Part shown: positions 1 to 12,029 of the stretch, piece after piece
Numbering within the stretch: position 1 is the first letter of the stretch
Layout: each line of letters begins with the position of its first letter
Assembly: GCA_002269645.1 (NCBI GenBank)
Contig: NIVC01000001.1
Location: 1,240,001-1,304,000, forward strand
Source: Macrostomum lignano
Taxonomy: Eukaryota
Direction of reading: 5' to 3'
DNA length: 64,000 bases
Translations under genes and position numbers: made by a program
The notes under the pieces: model-generated
The model's input: only the letters and a program-made list of their open reading frames with translations
Databases searched by the model: none
What the model was told of the DNA's origin: nothing

Positions 1-263
1 ATGACTAGCGTCTGTCTAAATGTACATAGGGTTGGGGGTGATGACTAGCGTCTGTCTAAATGTACATAGGGTTGGGGGTGATGACTAGCGTCTGTCTAAA
101 TGTACATAGGGTTGGGGGTAATGACTAGCGTCTGTCTAAATGTACATAGGGTTGGGGGTGATGACTAGCGTCTGTCTAAATGTACATAGGGTTGGGGGTA
201 ATGACTAGCGTCTGTCTAAATGTACATAGGGTTGGGGGTAATGACTAGCGTCTGTCTAAATGT
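1..263. repeat. 40-bp tandem minisatellite, truncated by the window start
   Basis: Unit ATGACTAGCGTCTGTCTAAATGTACATAGGGTTGGGGGT(G/A) repeats every 40 bp. Confidence 0.95.
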
Positions 264-711
264 ACTTAAGCCGGAAAGCAGAAAATTACAGAATTCTAGA
301 ATACTTAAAAGACGGTCACGTGATTCTACGATCTGGAAACCTCAACAAAAGATTTTTTTTAAATACACGACTGATTTTTTAAATAGATTTTCCATCTTAC
401 TTGCGCACCTTTCTAATCATCTTTGAATTTCTTAAACTGGATTCCCCCAGCATTAAATATCGACCTGATTGACTGACTTTTTTAAACTATCAGGTTAGCT
501 AGTATCTTAAATATAACGAGATTTATAGCATTAGCAGAAGTCTACAAAATCGGAGCGCATTTTACTATTATTATCACTAATACGCTCGTATAATACAATT
601 TGTGGGACAATAAAAATGACTACAACATTGAAGCCAATGCACAGAGGCCTGGTGAAACCCCGGTTCCAGCAACTCGCTTGGCATGCTAAATCAATCGGAG
701 CCGAGAAAAAC

Positions 712-2185
712 CATTGTTCGCCTGTAAAATTTGGCCACATTCCTACGATTAGACAGAACTGGCTGCCTATACTGTAAGTAGACGGAGCTTAGCACGGCTG
801 CAAAATAGGCGATTGTGAGTGCCGAGAGATGCTCAGCTGTGCTGCTGCGACTGGGCTTGCGTTGCTTAATGTCTGATTGGCACTGCGGCTTGGCCCAGTG
901 GGAGGCTGGCCCAGCAACTGACACTCTGGGAGGCTGGCCCAGCAACTGACACTCTGGGAGGCTGGCCCAGCAACTGACACTCTGGGAGGCTGGCCCAGCA
1001 ACTGACACTCTGGGAGGCTGGCCCAGCCAACAACTGTGGATCTGGGAGGCTGGCCCAGCAACTGAGGATCTGGGAGGCTGGCCCAGCCAGCAACTGTGGA
1101 TCTGGGAGGCTGGCCCAGCAACTGAGGATCTGGGAGGCTGGCCCAGCAACTGACACTCTGGGAGGCTGGCCCAGCGACTGAGGATCTGGGAGGCTGGTGG
1201 CCCAGCAACTGAGGATCTGGGAGGCTGGCCCAGCCAGCAACTGTGGATCTGGGAGGCTGGCCCAGCAACTGAGGATCTGGGAGGCTGGCCCAGCCAGCAA
1301 CTGTGGATCTGGGAGGCTGGCCCAGCAACTGAGGATCTGGGAGGCTGGCCCAGCCAGCAACTGTGAATCTGGGAGGCTGGCCCAGCCAGCAACTGTGAAT
1401 CTGGGAGGCTGGCCCAGCAACTGAGGATCTGGGAGGGGGCCCATGTACACGTAAGTCTAGTATTCGTTATTAAAGTCTGTCTAAATCTGCAGATTTTTAA
1501 GAAGTGTTGCAAGCATAACGCAAAACTCAAATCGAAATCCAACAGCAAACATGAGAGCCAACAAGCCTACACCAACTGACGCTAATATAGTATAGTTGGA
1601 GAAAACGACAAACAAAATGTTAAATTTATAATTTTAGGGAAAAATTAATTAGGATAATTAATGCATACAATGGGCCGCACTTCTTGAACAGCCGGGACGC
1701 CAAAGTTCTGGCGCAGTGGGAGTCTGCACACCAATTTTAGAACCAAGTAGTATATGTAGCTCAATATAAATTGCATTGACTCAATCATTTTTTACGATTA
1801 TAAATCTGAGACACCTGGGCAGCGGCAGTTATAATTAATTTTAAGCGATTTTTACGGCAGACTTGCAAACACTCGCTGGTTTCTTTCTTTCTCTGTAAAC
1901 CTCTGCAACGCTATAGCTTAATAATTCAATTGAATACGCGGCACTATAAGTTCATTTAAATAGACATGTTCCGTACAGGTAAGAAATGCACTAAATATTT
2001 CTGTTGATTAACTTACTGCGCCAAACTTCAGCGTTTGCTGCAATGCCGGACACAGCCTGGGCCTGATCGATTACTTTCTTGGCCACCATCTGATTCATCG
2101 GGTGCTCGAAGCTGAGCAATTCGAGAGTGGCGTTGGATGGATGCTTGTGTGTCTGTGCGTCTGTCTGTCTGCCTGCCTGCCTGCC

Positions 2186-2218
<33 letters not shown>

Positions 2219-2313
2219 GCCTGTCTGTCTGCCTGTCTGTCTGTCTGCCTGCCTGTCTGCCTGTCTGTCTGTCTGCCTGTCTGTCTGCCTGTCTGTCTGT
2301 CTGTCTGCCTGCC

Positions 2314-2372
<59 letters not shown>

Positions 2373-2403
2373 GTCTTTCTGTCTGTCTGCCTGCCTGCCT
2401 GCC

Positions 2404-2448
<45 letters not shown>

Positions 2449-2471
2449 GCCTGCCTGCCTGCCTGCCTGCC

Positions 2472-2510
<39 letters not shown>

Positions 2511-3519
2511 GTCTGTCTGCCTGTCTGTCTGTCCTTCTGTCTGTGCGGCAGCATGAAGCAAAGGCACAACTCACGGTTTAGCAAAGTCGAACAGGTGCGG
2601 TCCGCTGCCTCGCAAATTCTTATAAGTGTCCTTCAGAAGATTCTGGAATTCCGAAGACATTCAAAGTAATTATATATAAAGACATTAACTTTTTATTGGG
2701 TCACTGGCTCAATCCCATATTTTAAGAAATTTTCTTGAACAAGAATTGCATTCTACATTAGCTACTATAGCTAATAGCTAGCTAGTAGTTATAGGCCTTT
2801 CTATTTTGTTTATTTCCGCTACACTGACTGCTACAAGAGCTCCATTTAATACCTACTAAGAAAGTCTATATGGTAAGTAGGCAGTGCGAATTTTAACTAT
2901 TTTTAGTACTCACCCGAACATCCACGTTGCTGGGGCCGCCAGCAGCGCCAGCGCCGGCGCCGCCGCTAAAGCTGCTCTCCTCTTCCAGCAGCAGACAGTC
3001 GTCATCTTCGTCGTCGCCGGGAAACGATGAGGCTCCCCCAGCATCGCTAGCAAAGCTGTCAACGTGGCCGAGAGTCTGCTGATGAAGCTGCTGGTGCTGC
3101 TGTTCCAGCTTTACGCCGAGTAGCGGCTCCTTCGGCTCCAATTTGCACGGCCGCTTTGCCGACGGCGGACTGGCGCCATCGCCGGCTCCAGCAGCAGCGG
3201 CAGCGCTGGAGCAACTGGCCGCGGCTGAGTGATGCTGGCGGAGACTCTGCTGCTGCTGTTGCAGCTGTTGCAGCTGTTCCTGCAGCTCCCGATTGGAGGA
3301 CTGCACCTGGCCAGCGCACGGCTGCATCACATCAACAGCCTGGTGCTGCAGGTTGCAGATGAGGCGCACAGCAGCCACCAATTCGTCCAGCGTCATGCTG
3401 TCCAGCAGCATTCCAGCATTGAGCAGAGTGGACTCGAACAGGGTCAGCGCGGAAAATGAGGATTGAGCAGCTGAGGGCTGCTGCTGATGATGGATAGGTA
3501 GCACGGATGCGGCAGACAT
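712..3519 (-). CDS. Paralogue 1 of an uncharacterised C14orf93-like family (3'-partial). Exons 3519-2914, 2642-2575, 2111-2017, 836-712
   Basis: GT-AG boundaries with consistent phases (0, 2, 1) give ...NVDVR|NLLKDTYKNLRGSGPHLFDFAKP|FEHPMNQMVAKKVIDQAQAVSGIAANAEVWR|(T)EHLSALTIAYFAAVLSSVYLQYRQPVLSNRRNVAKFYRRTM. This aligns with paralogues 2 and 3. The last donor (ATG|gttttt) is weak, and I found no terminal exon inside the window. Confidence 0.8.
895..1435. repeat. 28/32-bp minisatellite in paralogue 1 intron 3
   Basis: Unit GGGAGGCTGGCCCAGC(CAGC)AACTGACACTCT and variants. Confidence 0.95.
2150..2545. repeat. (GTCT/GCCT)n microsatellite filling paralogue 1 intron 2
   Basis: Tetranucleotide array between exons 2642-2575 and 2111-2017. 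Confidence 0.95.
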
Positions 3520-4199
3520 TACTCTGGTTGACAATTGTCTTCAGTGTTGAACAACTGGACAAAGGGCTTTGAGATTTAGTTTGCTGGCTGGAAAAATTGC
3601 AGCGATATAGTATTTTTTACATGCCTGACGTGTTCGCTTAAACTACTGACTAATGAGTAGCTTGAAGGGGTATTACAACTCGCATGAGAATACAAGCATG
3701 GGGTGGGCCAACAGGGTTTTTATAATTTTATTATGCAAAGATTTTGTACAATTCGAGTTTATGCTCTATGCCGCTTACTAAGTAGCTTAACTAATTTTAT
3801 TTTGAAAGATAGTAAAAGAAAAAAACCAAATAAAATTTAACTTTTATATTTTTACAAGGACAGTAAAATTGTTGTATAAAACAACAAATTAAATGTCAAT
3901 AGTCATTTGCTTTCAATTAAAACTTAAAGAGAAATATTTATAACAAAATTTACAATAATATTAGCAAACTCGTGCAGCATTCGGACACGAAAAAGCACAT
4001 TGAACTAAATGCAAAATAAGACAGATTACCACTTGTTGACAACATTACGTAACGAAATCAGTTGATGATTAATTACATAAGGAAATTATGGTTACAAATA
4101 CAGCAGATAGGATAGCTTATTGATATGAGTGCATTAAAAACTGAGAACTACGAATAAGAGATTACAGGATAGGACAGAAATGAATATTAGAATATGGTT

Positions 4200-4600
4200 T
4201 AGAGAATGAGGGCCTGGGGGAGAGGAGTGCGTACACTGGGATAGGGGTTGGAAAATGGGGGCCTGGGGGAGAGGAGTGCGTACACTGGGATAGGGGTTAG
4301 AGAATGGGCGCCTGGGGGAGAGGAGTGTGTACACTGGGATAGGGGTTAGAGAATGGGGGCCTGGGGGAGAGGAGTGCGTACACTGGGATAGGGGTTAGAA
4401 AATGGGGGCCTGGGGGAGAGGAGTGCGTACACTGGGATAGGGGTTAGAGAATGGGCGCCTGGGGGAGAGGAGTGTGTACACTGGGATAGGGGTTAGAGAA
4501 TGGGCGCCTGGGGGAGAGGAGTGTGTACACTGGGATAGGGGTTAGAGAATGGGCGCCTGGGGGAGAGGAGTGTGTACACTGGGATAGGGGTTAGAGAATG
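4200..4600. repeat. 49-bp minisatellite
   Basis: Unit GGGGAGAGGAGTG(C/T)GTACACTGGGATAGGGGTTAGAGAATGGGCGCCTG. Confidence 0.9.
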
Positions 4601-4997
4601 AAGGTCCAAAGAAAGGGAGCTTAATGGTTTAACAGGAGCGTGAATATGTACCATACACTCAGGTTAGTCGTAGAGGTTAAGAGAACGGGTGGAAATGTTA
4701 TAGATAGCACACAACTATGCTACAATACTATATTGTCAAAACAATCAATGGATTATTAACATTATTGTACGTTTGGAGGATTAAAAATTGCACAATTTAA
4801 GCTGTTAACTATAATACCTGTTGTACAATATAGTTATACTTATAGTTAATTCGTACTTAACTGAATGTGAACACAAACTAGGGTTTAAAAGCTTATATTA
4901 GCTGCTACCAAATATTAAACGGGAAGGACTGTTAAACTTTGAATCAATGAACAGACTCAAGGCTATCTATGACACTATCGATGTTAATTTTTAACTG

Positions 4998-7900
4998 CTA
5001 CACCCCGTAGCTCTCCTCGCCGTCTCCGCTGGCGCCGCCGGGCAGAGCCTGCCAGGCGGGATTCTTGGCCCAGGTCAGGCTGTCAGGCGGAGGCGGCCGG
5101 TTGGACAGCACGGCCGGATCGCGCTGCACCCGGCTGATCTCGGCACGCTGCTTGTCATCGGCCAGCCTGGCTAGGAAAGTTTCGTCTAATTTCTGCTTCA
5201 CAGCTCGCAGCTCGTCGCTCTCCCATGGCAACGAGCGGACCTTCATCTCAGAGTCTAAATCTGTGCCGCCCTCCTCATCCGAGCTGGTGTAGTCTCTGGT
5301 TAGCACGCTCTCGAATTTCGTTTGGGCAGACGGATCCAGCTCGTCCTTAATGAGCTCGTAGCTCTTCTGCCGCCTGTTCAGCTTCTATAGGCGGACAGTG
5401 GGAATTGGCAGGTTGGTATCCAGGTTAATTGCATAAAGCGACAGAGTGTGAAGAATGGAGCATCCACTCATCATTGCAGAGGAGTGACACACTAATATGG
5501 AGAGTGAAACAGTCATTGCAGAGGAGTGACACACTAATATGGAGAGTGAAACAGTCATTGCAGAGGAGTGACACACTAATATGGAGAGTGAAACAGTCAT
5601 TGCAGAGGAGTGACACACTAATATGGAGAGTGAAACAGTCATTGCAGAGGAGTGACACACTAATATGAAGAGTGAAACAGTCATTGCAGAGGAGTGACAC
5701 TAATATGAAGAGTGAAACAGTCATTGCAGAGGAGTGACACACTAATATGAAGAGTGAAACAGTCATTGCAGAGGAGTGACACACTAATATGGAGAGTGAA
5801 ACAGTCATTGCAGAGGAGTGACACTAATATGAAGAGTGAAACAGTCATTGCAGAGGAGTGACACACTAATATGGAGAGTGAAACAGTCATTGCAGAGGAG
5901 TGACACACTAATATGGAGAGTGAAACAGTCATTGCAGAGGAGTGACACACTAATATGGAGAGTGAAACAGTCATTGCAGAGGAGTGACACACTAATATGG
6001 AGAGTGAAACAGTCATTGCAGAGGAGTGACACACTAATATGGAGAGTGAAACAGTCATTGCAGAGGAGTGACACACTAATATGGAGAGTGAAACAGTCAT
6101 TGCAGAGGAGTGACACACTAATATGAAGAGTGAAACAGTCATTGCAGAGGAGTGACACACTAATATGAAGAGTGAAACAGTCATTGCAGAGGAGTGACAC
6201 TAATATGAAGAGTGAAACAGTCATTGCAGAGGAGTGACACACTAATATGAAGAGTGAAACAGTCATTGCAGAGGAGTGACACACTAATATGAAGAGTGAA
6301 ACAGTCATTGCAGAGGAGTGACACTAATATGAAGAGTGAAACAGTCATTGCAGAGGAGTGACACACTAATATGAAGAGTGAAACAGTCATTGCAGAGGAG
6401 TGACACTAATATGAAGAGTGAAACAGTCATTGCAGAGGAGTGACACTAATATGAAGAGTGAAACAGTCATTGCAGAGGAGTGACACACTAATATGAAGAG
6501 TGAAACAGTCATTGCAGAGGAGTGACACACTAATATGAAGAGTGAAACAGTCATTGCAGAGGAGTGACACACTAATATGGAGAGTGAAACAGTCATTGCA
6601 GAGGAGTGACACACTAATATGAAGAGTGAAACAGTCATTGCAGAGGAGTGACACTAATATGAAGAGTGAAACAGTCATTGCAGAGGAGTGACACTAATAT
6701 GAAGAGTGAAACAGTCATTGCAGAGGAGTGACACTAATATGAAGAGTGAAACAGTCATTGCAGAGGAGTGACACACTAATATGGAGAGTGAAACAGTCAT
6801 TGCAGAGGAGTGACACACTAATATGAAGAGTGAAACAGTCATTGCAGAGGAGTGACACACTAATATGAAGAGTGAAACAGTCATTGCAGAGGAGTGACAC
6901 ACTAATATGGAGAGTGAAACAGTCATTGCAGAGGAGTGACACACTAATATGAAGAGTGAAACAGTCATTGCAGAGGAGTGACACACTAATATGGAGAGCG
7001 AAACACCTACAACTGAGACACAGCGAGATAAGGTGGGGATATAGTACATGTAGTAAAAATCGCAGGAGTGGCTCAACGCCTTCGGCGACAACGGCCCACA
7101 TCTGTTACTAAGGCAACTCAGCCCTTTTCGCTGATTCCTGAGCTAAGATTCGGAAAATCGTAGAAAAAATGCCATTAAATGGCCAGCAGGTGAAAAATTA
7201 CAGACCATTAATCGCCGTATGAATCGCTGGGTGTCCACATTCTTAACAACATTTCTGAACGGATACTTGAGATTCTTGGCGTAATAGTAGCGAAAGTACT
7301 TCACTGCTAGGGCTAAAAACAAGCAAACAAGGATAGATAAAGCAAGGCTAGACACATTCGGATTAGAAAAGGCGGGACGGGCTGGTGCAGGCTGGTCGCT
7401 TCTATCTGGCCTATCCTAGCTTAATTTTCTGTTCAAAAATTCAAAACAGATTTAACAAACGCACCAGACTCTGCCGCACGATATTCATTGTGTCAAGCTC
7501 GCGTTTGCGCAGCTTATAAGCCGAGCGCAAGTTTTTACTATAGTGGCCGCCGAAATAACGCCTGGCTGCGTCTGAACAGTAATTCATTATATATGATTAT
7601 AAAGTTATCAATGTTCTAACTGGCTAGGTTTATTTGGATCGCTTGCAGGGCTGTTGTGCAGAAAGCACAATATCCATTCCATTCCCAACTTTTAGCTGAT
7701 AATTTGTCAGGCGTTTGGCTAAAAATTATGAAGCTACGTTATGGTTACGAGTTATTCAACTATTTATTTGAATTTGAAATAAAATTGGCCTTAAAATCGG
7801 TGCAGCAAAGTGGCTGCGTATCATCTTGTACGAGTACAGCTACTTACCATTCTTTCTTTTCTGTGAACACTCACAATCCTTTCCGTGAACAGTAGCAGTC

Positions 7901-10900
7901 ATTCCCATGAGACACTCACAATCCTTCCCGTGAAAAGTCGCAGTCATTCCACGAGACACTCACGCCATCATTCCCGTGAACAGTCGCAATCATTCCCGTG
8001 AACAGTCGCAATCATTCCCGTGAATAGTCGCAGTCATTCCCGTGAGACACTCACAATCCTTCCCGTGAACAGTCGGAGTCATTCCTGTGAGACACTCACA
8101 ATCCTTCCCGTGAACAGTCGCAGTCATTCCACGAGACACTCACGCCATCATTCCCGTGAACAGTCGCAATCATTCCCGTGAACAGTCGCAATAATTCCTG
8201 CGAACAGTCACAATCATTCCTGCGAACAGTCGCAATCATTCCCGTGAACAGTCCCAATCATTCCTGTGAACAGTCGCAGGTTTTCCCGTGAACACTCACA
8301 ATCCTTCCCGTGAACAGTCGCAATCATTCCCGTGAACAGTCTCAATCATTCCCGTGAACAGTCCCAATCATTCGTGTGAACAGTCGCAATCATTCCTGTG
8401 AACAGTCGCAGTTTTTCCCGTGAACACTCGCAATCATTCCCGTGAACAGTCGCAATCCTTCCCGTGAACAGCTGCAATTCTTCCCGTGGACAGTCGCAGT
8501 CATTCCCGTGAGCAGTCGCAATCATTCACGTGAGACACTCACAAGTGAGGCTGATACGCGAAAAGAAGGCCGATGCCGTTTGAGATGCCGGTATTGCCAG
8601 TTCTTGTAATACTGAGGACTGAGATAGCGATGGCTCTTGGCTGGACAAGCAAATTTGAATTTAGCATTGAGCTGTGTTGTTGTCTTTTAGAACTAGCAAC
8701 AGGAAAACCCGAAGCACTGGTACAAAAGAAGACTACAGGCATCGCAGGGTCTTGTGCGCTTAAATTAGAATGATCTCTTTTACGACATTGCTTACCAGAA
8801 ACAGGTTGACAGAAGTTTTCATTTTCTCCTTCTGAAAGCCGTACTTCTGAGCCGGTTTCAAGGTGGACGTATAATAAATCCGCAGGTATTTGTTGTAAAC
8901 CGAGTCTGCGCGATGAGACCGCGTGCCAGTCGACGGTGCTTATGATTTAATTAATAATCCCCAAAATTCCATTTCCCGAGCTGCACAACAGACTGTTGGG
9001 CAATTGGGCGCGATTTGAGAGATTATAGCCAAATTTAGCTGATAATATTACAAAACTACTACTGCTAGCGATTATAATAAAATGCTAATTAGATAGTTGT
9101 GTCATACAAGGTTAGGTAACAAGTGGGCCAATTCATCGGCCATAGTGTTTGTCACAAGCATGTTTATCGAATTATTTCATATTGTTAACTAACGGCCCTG
9201 CAACGCCCGTATTTTTAGATTATGCAATCAGGTGTACAGGTGTGGGAAAGTGTACAACAATAGGCAAAATAATTAATATCCCTATGCATAAAAGTATTGT
9301 AAAGCAGGGATAAACTAATCGTATAGATACTAGAACCATCAAATAGATTATACCGATATGTAGCGTAAACAACTTTCTACACTACCAACCTTCTAGAGCA
9401 AACTTCTTGTAATTATTGAACCCATTAACACTATAGTAGGCCATAATGTCGTCTACCGATATGTAGTGTAAACAACTTGCTGCATTACTAGCCTTCTATT
9501 GACATAAAGTTGACTACCGATATGTAGCGAATATTGCTTTCTACACGACTTACAAGGAAAAAGTGCAGAATGACATGCCTGAGCTATTAGAATGGAGAAG
9601 CAGACTACTCACTGCGCCAGGCCTCAACATTAGCGGGCTTGTGCCTGCTCAGCTCCAGAGCCTTGTCAATAACCCGGTTGGCTGCCAGCACATTGGCCCT
9701 GGCAGAATAGGGCAGCGAGAAGTCGAACACGTTGGTGCCAGTCTCGTCTTTCAACACTCGATAGGCTTTGCGCAGGATGCCTTTCCATTCGTTTGACAGC
9801 TCGCCGCTAGCTGAAGAGTCCGCGCCGCCCCCGCTGCCGCCTGCGCCACCAGCTCCGCGGCCACCGCTGAAGCTGGCCTGCTGATGCTGCTGCTGCTGGT
9901 ACAGCTGCTGGGACTGCGAGTGCTGATCGAAAATCAAATCGGCTTCCATCAGTACGCAATCGTCGTCGGAATCGATAATCTCGGGCTTAATTAAAGTTGA
10001 TGAAGCGGCTGCCGCAGTCGGACCGGCGGTTGTTGCCAAGGAGCTATCTAGCAGCTTTTTACTAGTGCTACTATTGCTACTGCTATTGCCAACGTTGCCA
10101 ATGGTGACAGCTGCCGAGCCCACAGAGGTTCCGGGCAGGTGAGAAGCGACTGACATTGACTGAGTAACCGGCGGTGGACACTGGAAATGTAATAGTAGGA
10201 TCATTTTGTGCACAATGAGCTCATTGATAGGTGATGTAGGTCATATCGTAATACACTACTTAAAGTAATATTCTAAGAAAATCAATTTAAACTTGCAATC
10301 TATTTTTAGAATGAGTCATATCTATTTTTAGTTTAGAATTTATCTATTTTGAGAGTGAGTCATGTGCAAACGGAAGTGACTCAGAACTCTACAGAGGACC
10401 AACGTTTATTTGTTCAAGGAACCGGATTTCAGCAGCTGTGTTTGCTTAACCCCATATATGGTAATGCTCAAATATGCATGACCGCTTAATCAAACATGTG
10501 ACCTAAGTAAATATCCGATCTCTAACCAGTTTTCCCCAAAATTTTGCTATAAATTCAAGTGAAAATCCGAGTAAAAAAAATTAGACTCAAAGCGGTCTCA
10601 AAGAATACTTGAGAGAAACAAAGAAGACCAATCTTTGAGGGACGAAATCCTGTCCTATTGGTAAGCGCTTACCAGATTTAGTTCTTTGTTGCTAGCGTTA
10701 ATAAATTGATTAATTGAGTTCACGAGAGCCACATTTGAAAAAGACCTTGTTTCCTATGACATATTCCTAGAGGATTTATTGATTTGATTAGAGTTATCCG
10801 TTACGCTTCTTCCAACCTCGAGGACACCGTCAAGACTTCTGATTCGCCCTCGCTTTTGATCGAACCACCCAAAGAAAAAGTTAAGGACTCCCGGGGGTGG

Positions 10901-11354
10901 CAATTCACCGAAGTCAAACCAAGAAGCCTACGAGTCACAAGAGAAGCCGCTCCAGTAAGAGTTACTTTCTTTTGCATATACCCAGGCACTTGTTCCCCAG
11001 TGTCTAGAAGTGGGAGTTTTCGAGTGACTGATCACCACTTCTAAACTCTTCAGTAATAATTATTTAAGGGCAGCCACTCACCAGCGCGTGTTCATCTGCC
11101 ACATTAGCCAGCCGCTGCACAGTGGGATCCAGCACCTCCAACAGGTGGCCGTGCAGTTGGGCCACAATTTTGAAAGCCACTAACAGGTCCCGCACAGCCA
11201 TGTTATCAATCAGCATTGTGGCGCTGGATATTGTGCACTCGAACATTGTCAGCGGGGAGAAGCTGCCGCCTCCGCCTCCGCCGCCGCTGCCGCCGCCACC
11301 GCCAAGCGGCTGATGGTGCCCAGCGGCGTAGGGAGGAATGCCAACTGTTGCCAT
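4998..11354 (-). CDS. Paralogue 2 of the C14orf93-like family. Constant exons 11354-11082, 10180-9613 and 5384-4998, plus one variable exon from 8905-7206
   Basis: Start ACCATGG. Splice sites: CTG|gtgagt, ttccag|TGT, TGGCGCA|gtgagt, cctatag|AAGCTG. The terminal exon KLNRRQKSYE...DYTSSDEE...KVRSLPWESDELRAVKQKLD is colinear with the terminal exon of paralogue 3. Confidence 0.85.
5455..7005. repeat. 42/40-bp minisatellite in the last intron of paralogue 2
   Basis: Unit CAGTCATTGCAGAGGAGTGACAC(AC)TAATATG(G/A)AGAGTGAAA. It explains the MTVSLSILVCHSSA-type ORFs. Confidence 0.95.
7206..7312 (-). CDS. Variable exon D of paralogue 2 (107 nt, phase 1->0)
   Basis: ttgtttttag|CC CTA GCA... encodes LAVKYFRYYYAKNLKYPFRNVVKNVDTQRFIRRLM|gtctgt (weak donor). 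Confidence 0.75.
7465..7571 (-). CDS. Variable exon C of paralogue 2 (107 nt, phase 1->0)
   Basis: actgttcag|AC GCA... encodes AARRYFGGHYSKNLRSAYKLRKRELDTMNIVRQSL|gtgcgt. Ungapped alignment to exon D shares A2, Y5, F6, Y10, K12, N13, L14, D26, T27 and R32. Confidence 0.8.
7862..8542. repeat. About 22-bp minisatellite between variable exons B and C
   Basis: Unit GTGAACAGTCGCAATCATTCCC, with GTGAGACACTCACAATCC variants. Confidence 0.9.
8543..8640 (-). CDS. Variable exon B of paralogue 2 (98 nt, phase 1->0)
   Basis: ttgcttgtccag|CC AAG... encodes KSHRYLSPQYYKNWQYRHLKRHRPSFRVSASL|gtgagt. RYLSPQYYKNW is in the same register as RYFGGHYSKNL (C) and KYFRYYYAKNL (D). Confidence 0.7.
8796..8905 (-). 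CDS. Variable exon A of paralogue 2 (110 nt, phase 1->0)
   Basis: tctcatcgcgcag|AC TCG... encodes SVYNKYLRIYYTSTLKPAQKYGFQKEKMKTSVNLFL|gtaagc. It has the same length and phases as the single equivalent exon of paralogue 3. Confidence 0.75.
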
Positions 11355-12029
11355 GGTAAGTGTTCGAATTGCAGTTTCCGAGTTCAGGTAAGAACAGGTG
11401 AGAGAGATTGAGACAAATTAGCGAACTGGCAGTAATTGGAAAAGGTTAATTTAAGCAGATAACAAACAAATACGCGATTTGTACTACTTTTAGTAGCAAA
11501 ACTAGCCAGATGCGATAATTAATTTCATATCAATAACAACAGATGTAAAACTTTAGAAGAACTTGACAAATCAATTGACTCCCATATAATTTCACAGCAC
11601 TGCAGGTTATGTGTATTACTTTTGCAAACAATTTTAACAATAGCCATTTATATGAGCACGAGTAACCGGTAACACAAGCAAGCACAGGCCACGGGCAGAG
11701 AAATGCATCAAATTTTCAGGTTTCAGTTCAACACTAACGTAACAAATGATTAGTGAGGGCAAATTAATTTAAACATTAATTAACTACACTTGCTTCACCG
11801 ACTAATAAACATTTTACACATTATTTTTATAGAATACTTTTACAACTAAAAAAAATACAAAATCAATTAAAAAGCGAATTAAGTGGATCTATGGGATATT
11901 ATACACGATCCATTACTGTACAATATTACCAACTTAATGCTTACATTATAATCTGCTTTACATTTCCTTTTGAACCTTATATACTAGACAGGATTTAACC
12001 TACTTCCATGGCTAAAATATATATTGAGG

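Noticed and set aside
1445-1575. Possible alternative exon for paralogue 1 (LQHFLKICRFRQTLITNTR)
   Set aside because: There is faint similarity to YRQPVLSNRR, but no phase-1 acceptor or phase-0 donor.
1991-2669. QTDR / VCLS repeat ORFs
   Set aside because: They are translations of an intronic (GACA)n tract. Only 2642-2575 and 2111-2017 are exonic.
5385-7101. MTVSLSILVCHSSA repeat ORFs
   Set aside because: They are translations of the 42-bp intronic minisatellite.
10801-11015. Possible extra exon in paralogue 2 intron 1 (contains IKSE)
   Set aside because: The open frame needs a phase-1 acceptor while the upstream donor is phase 0. The phase-0 reading hits a stop.
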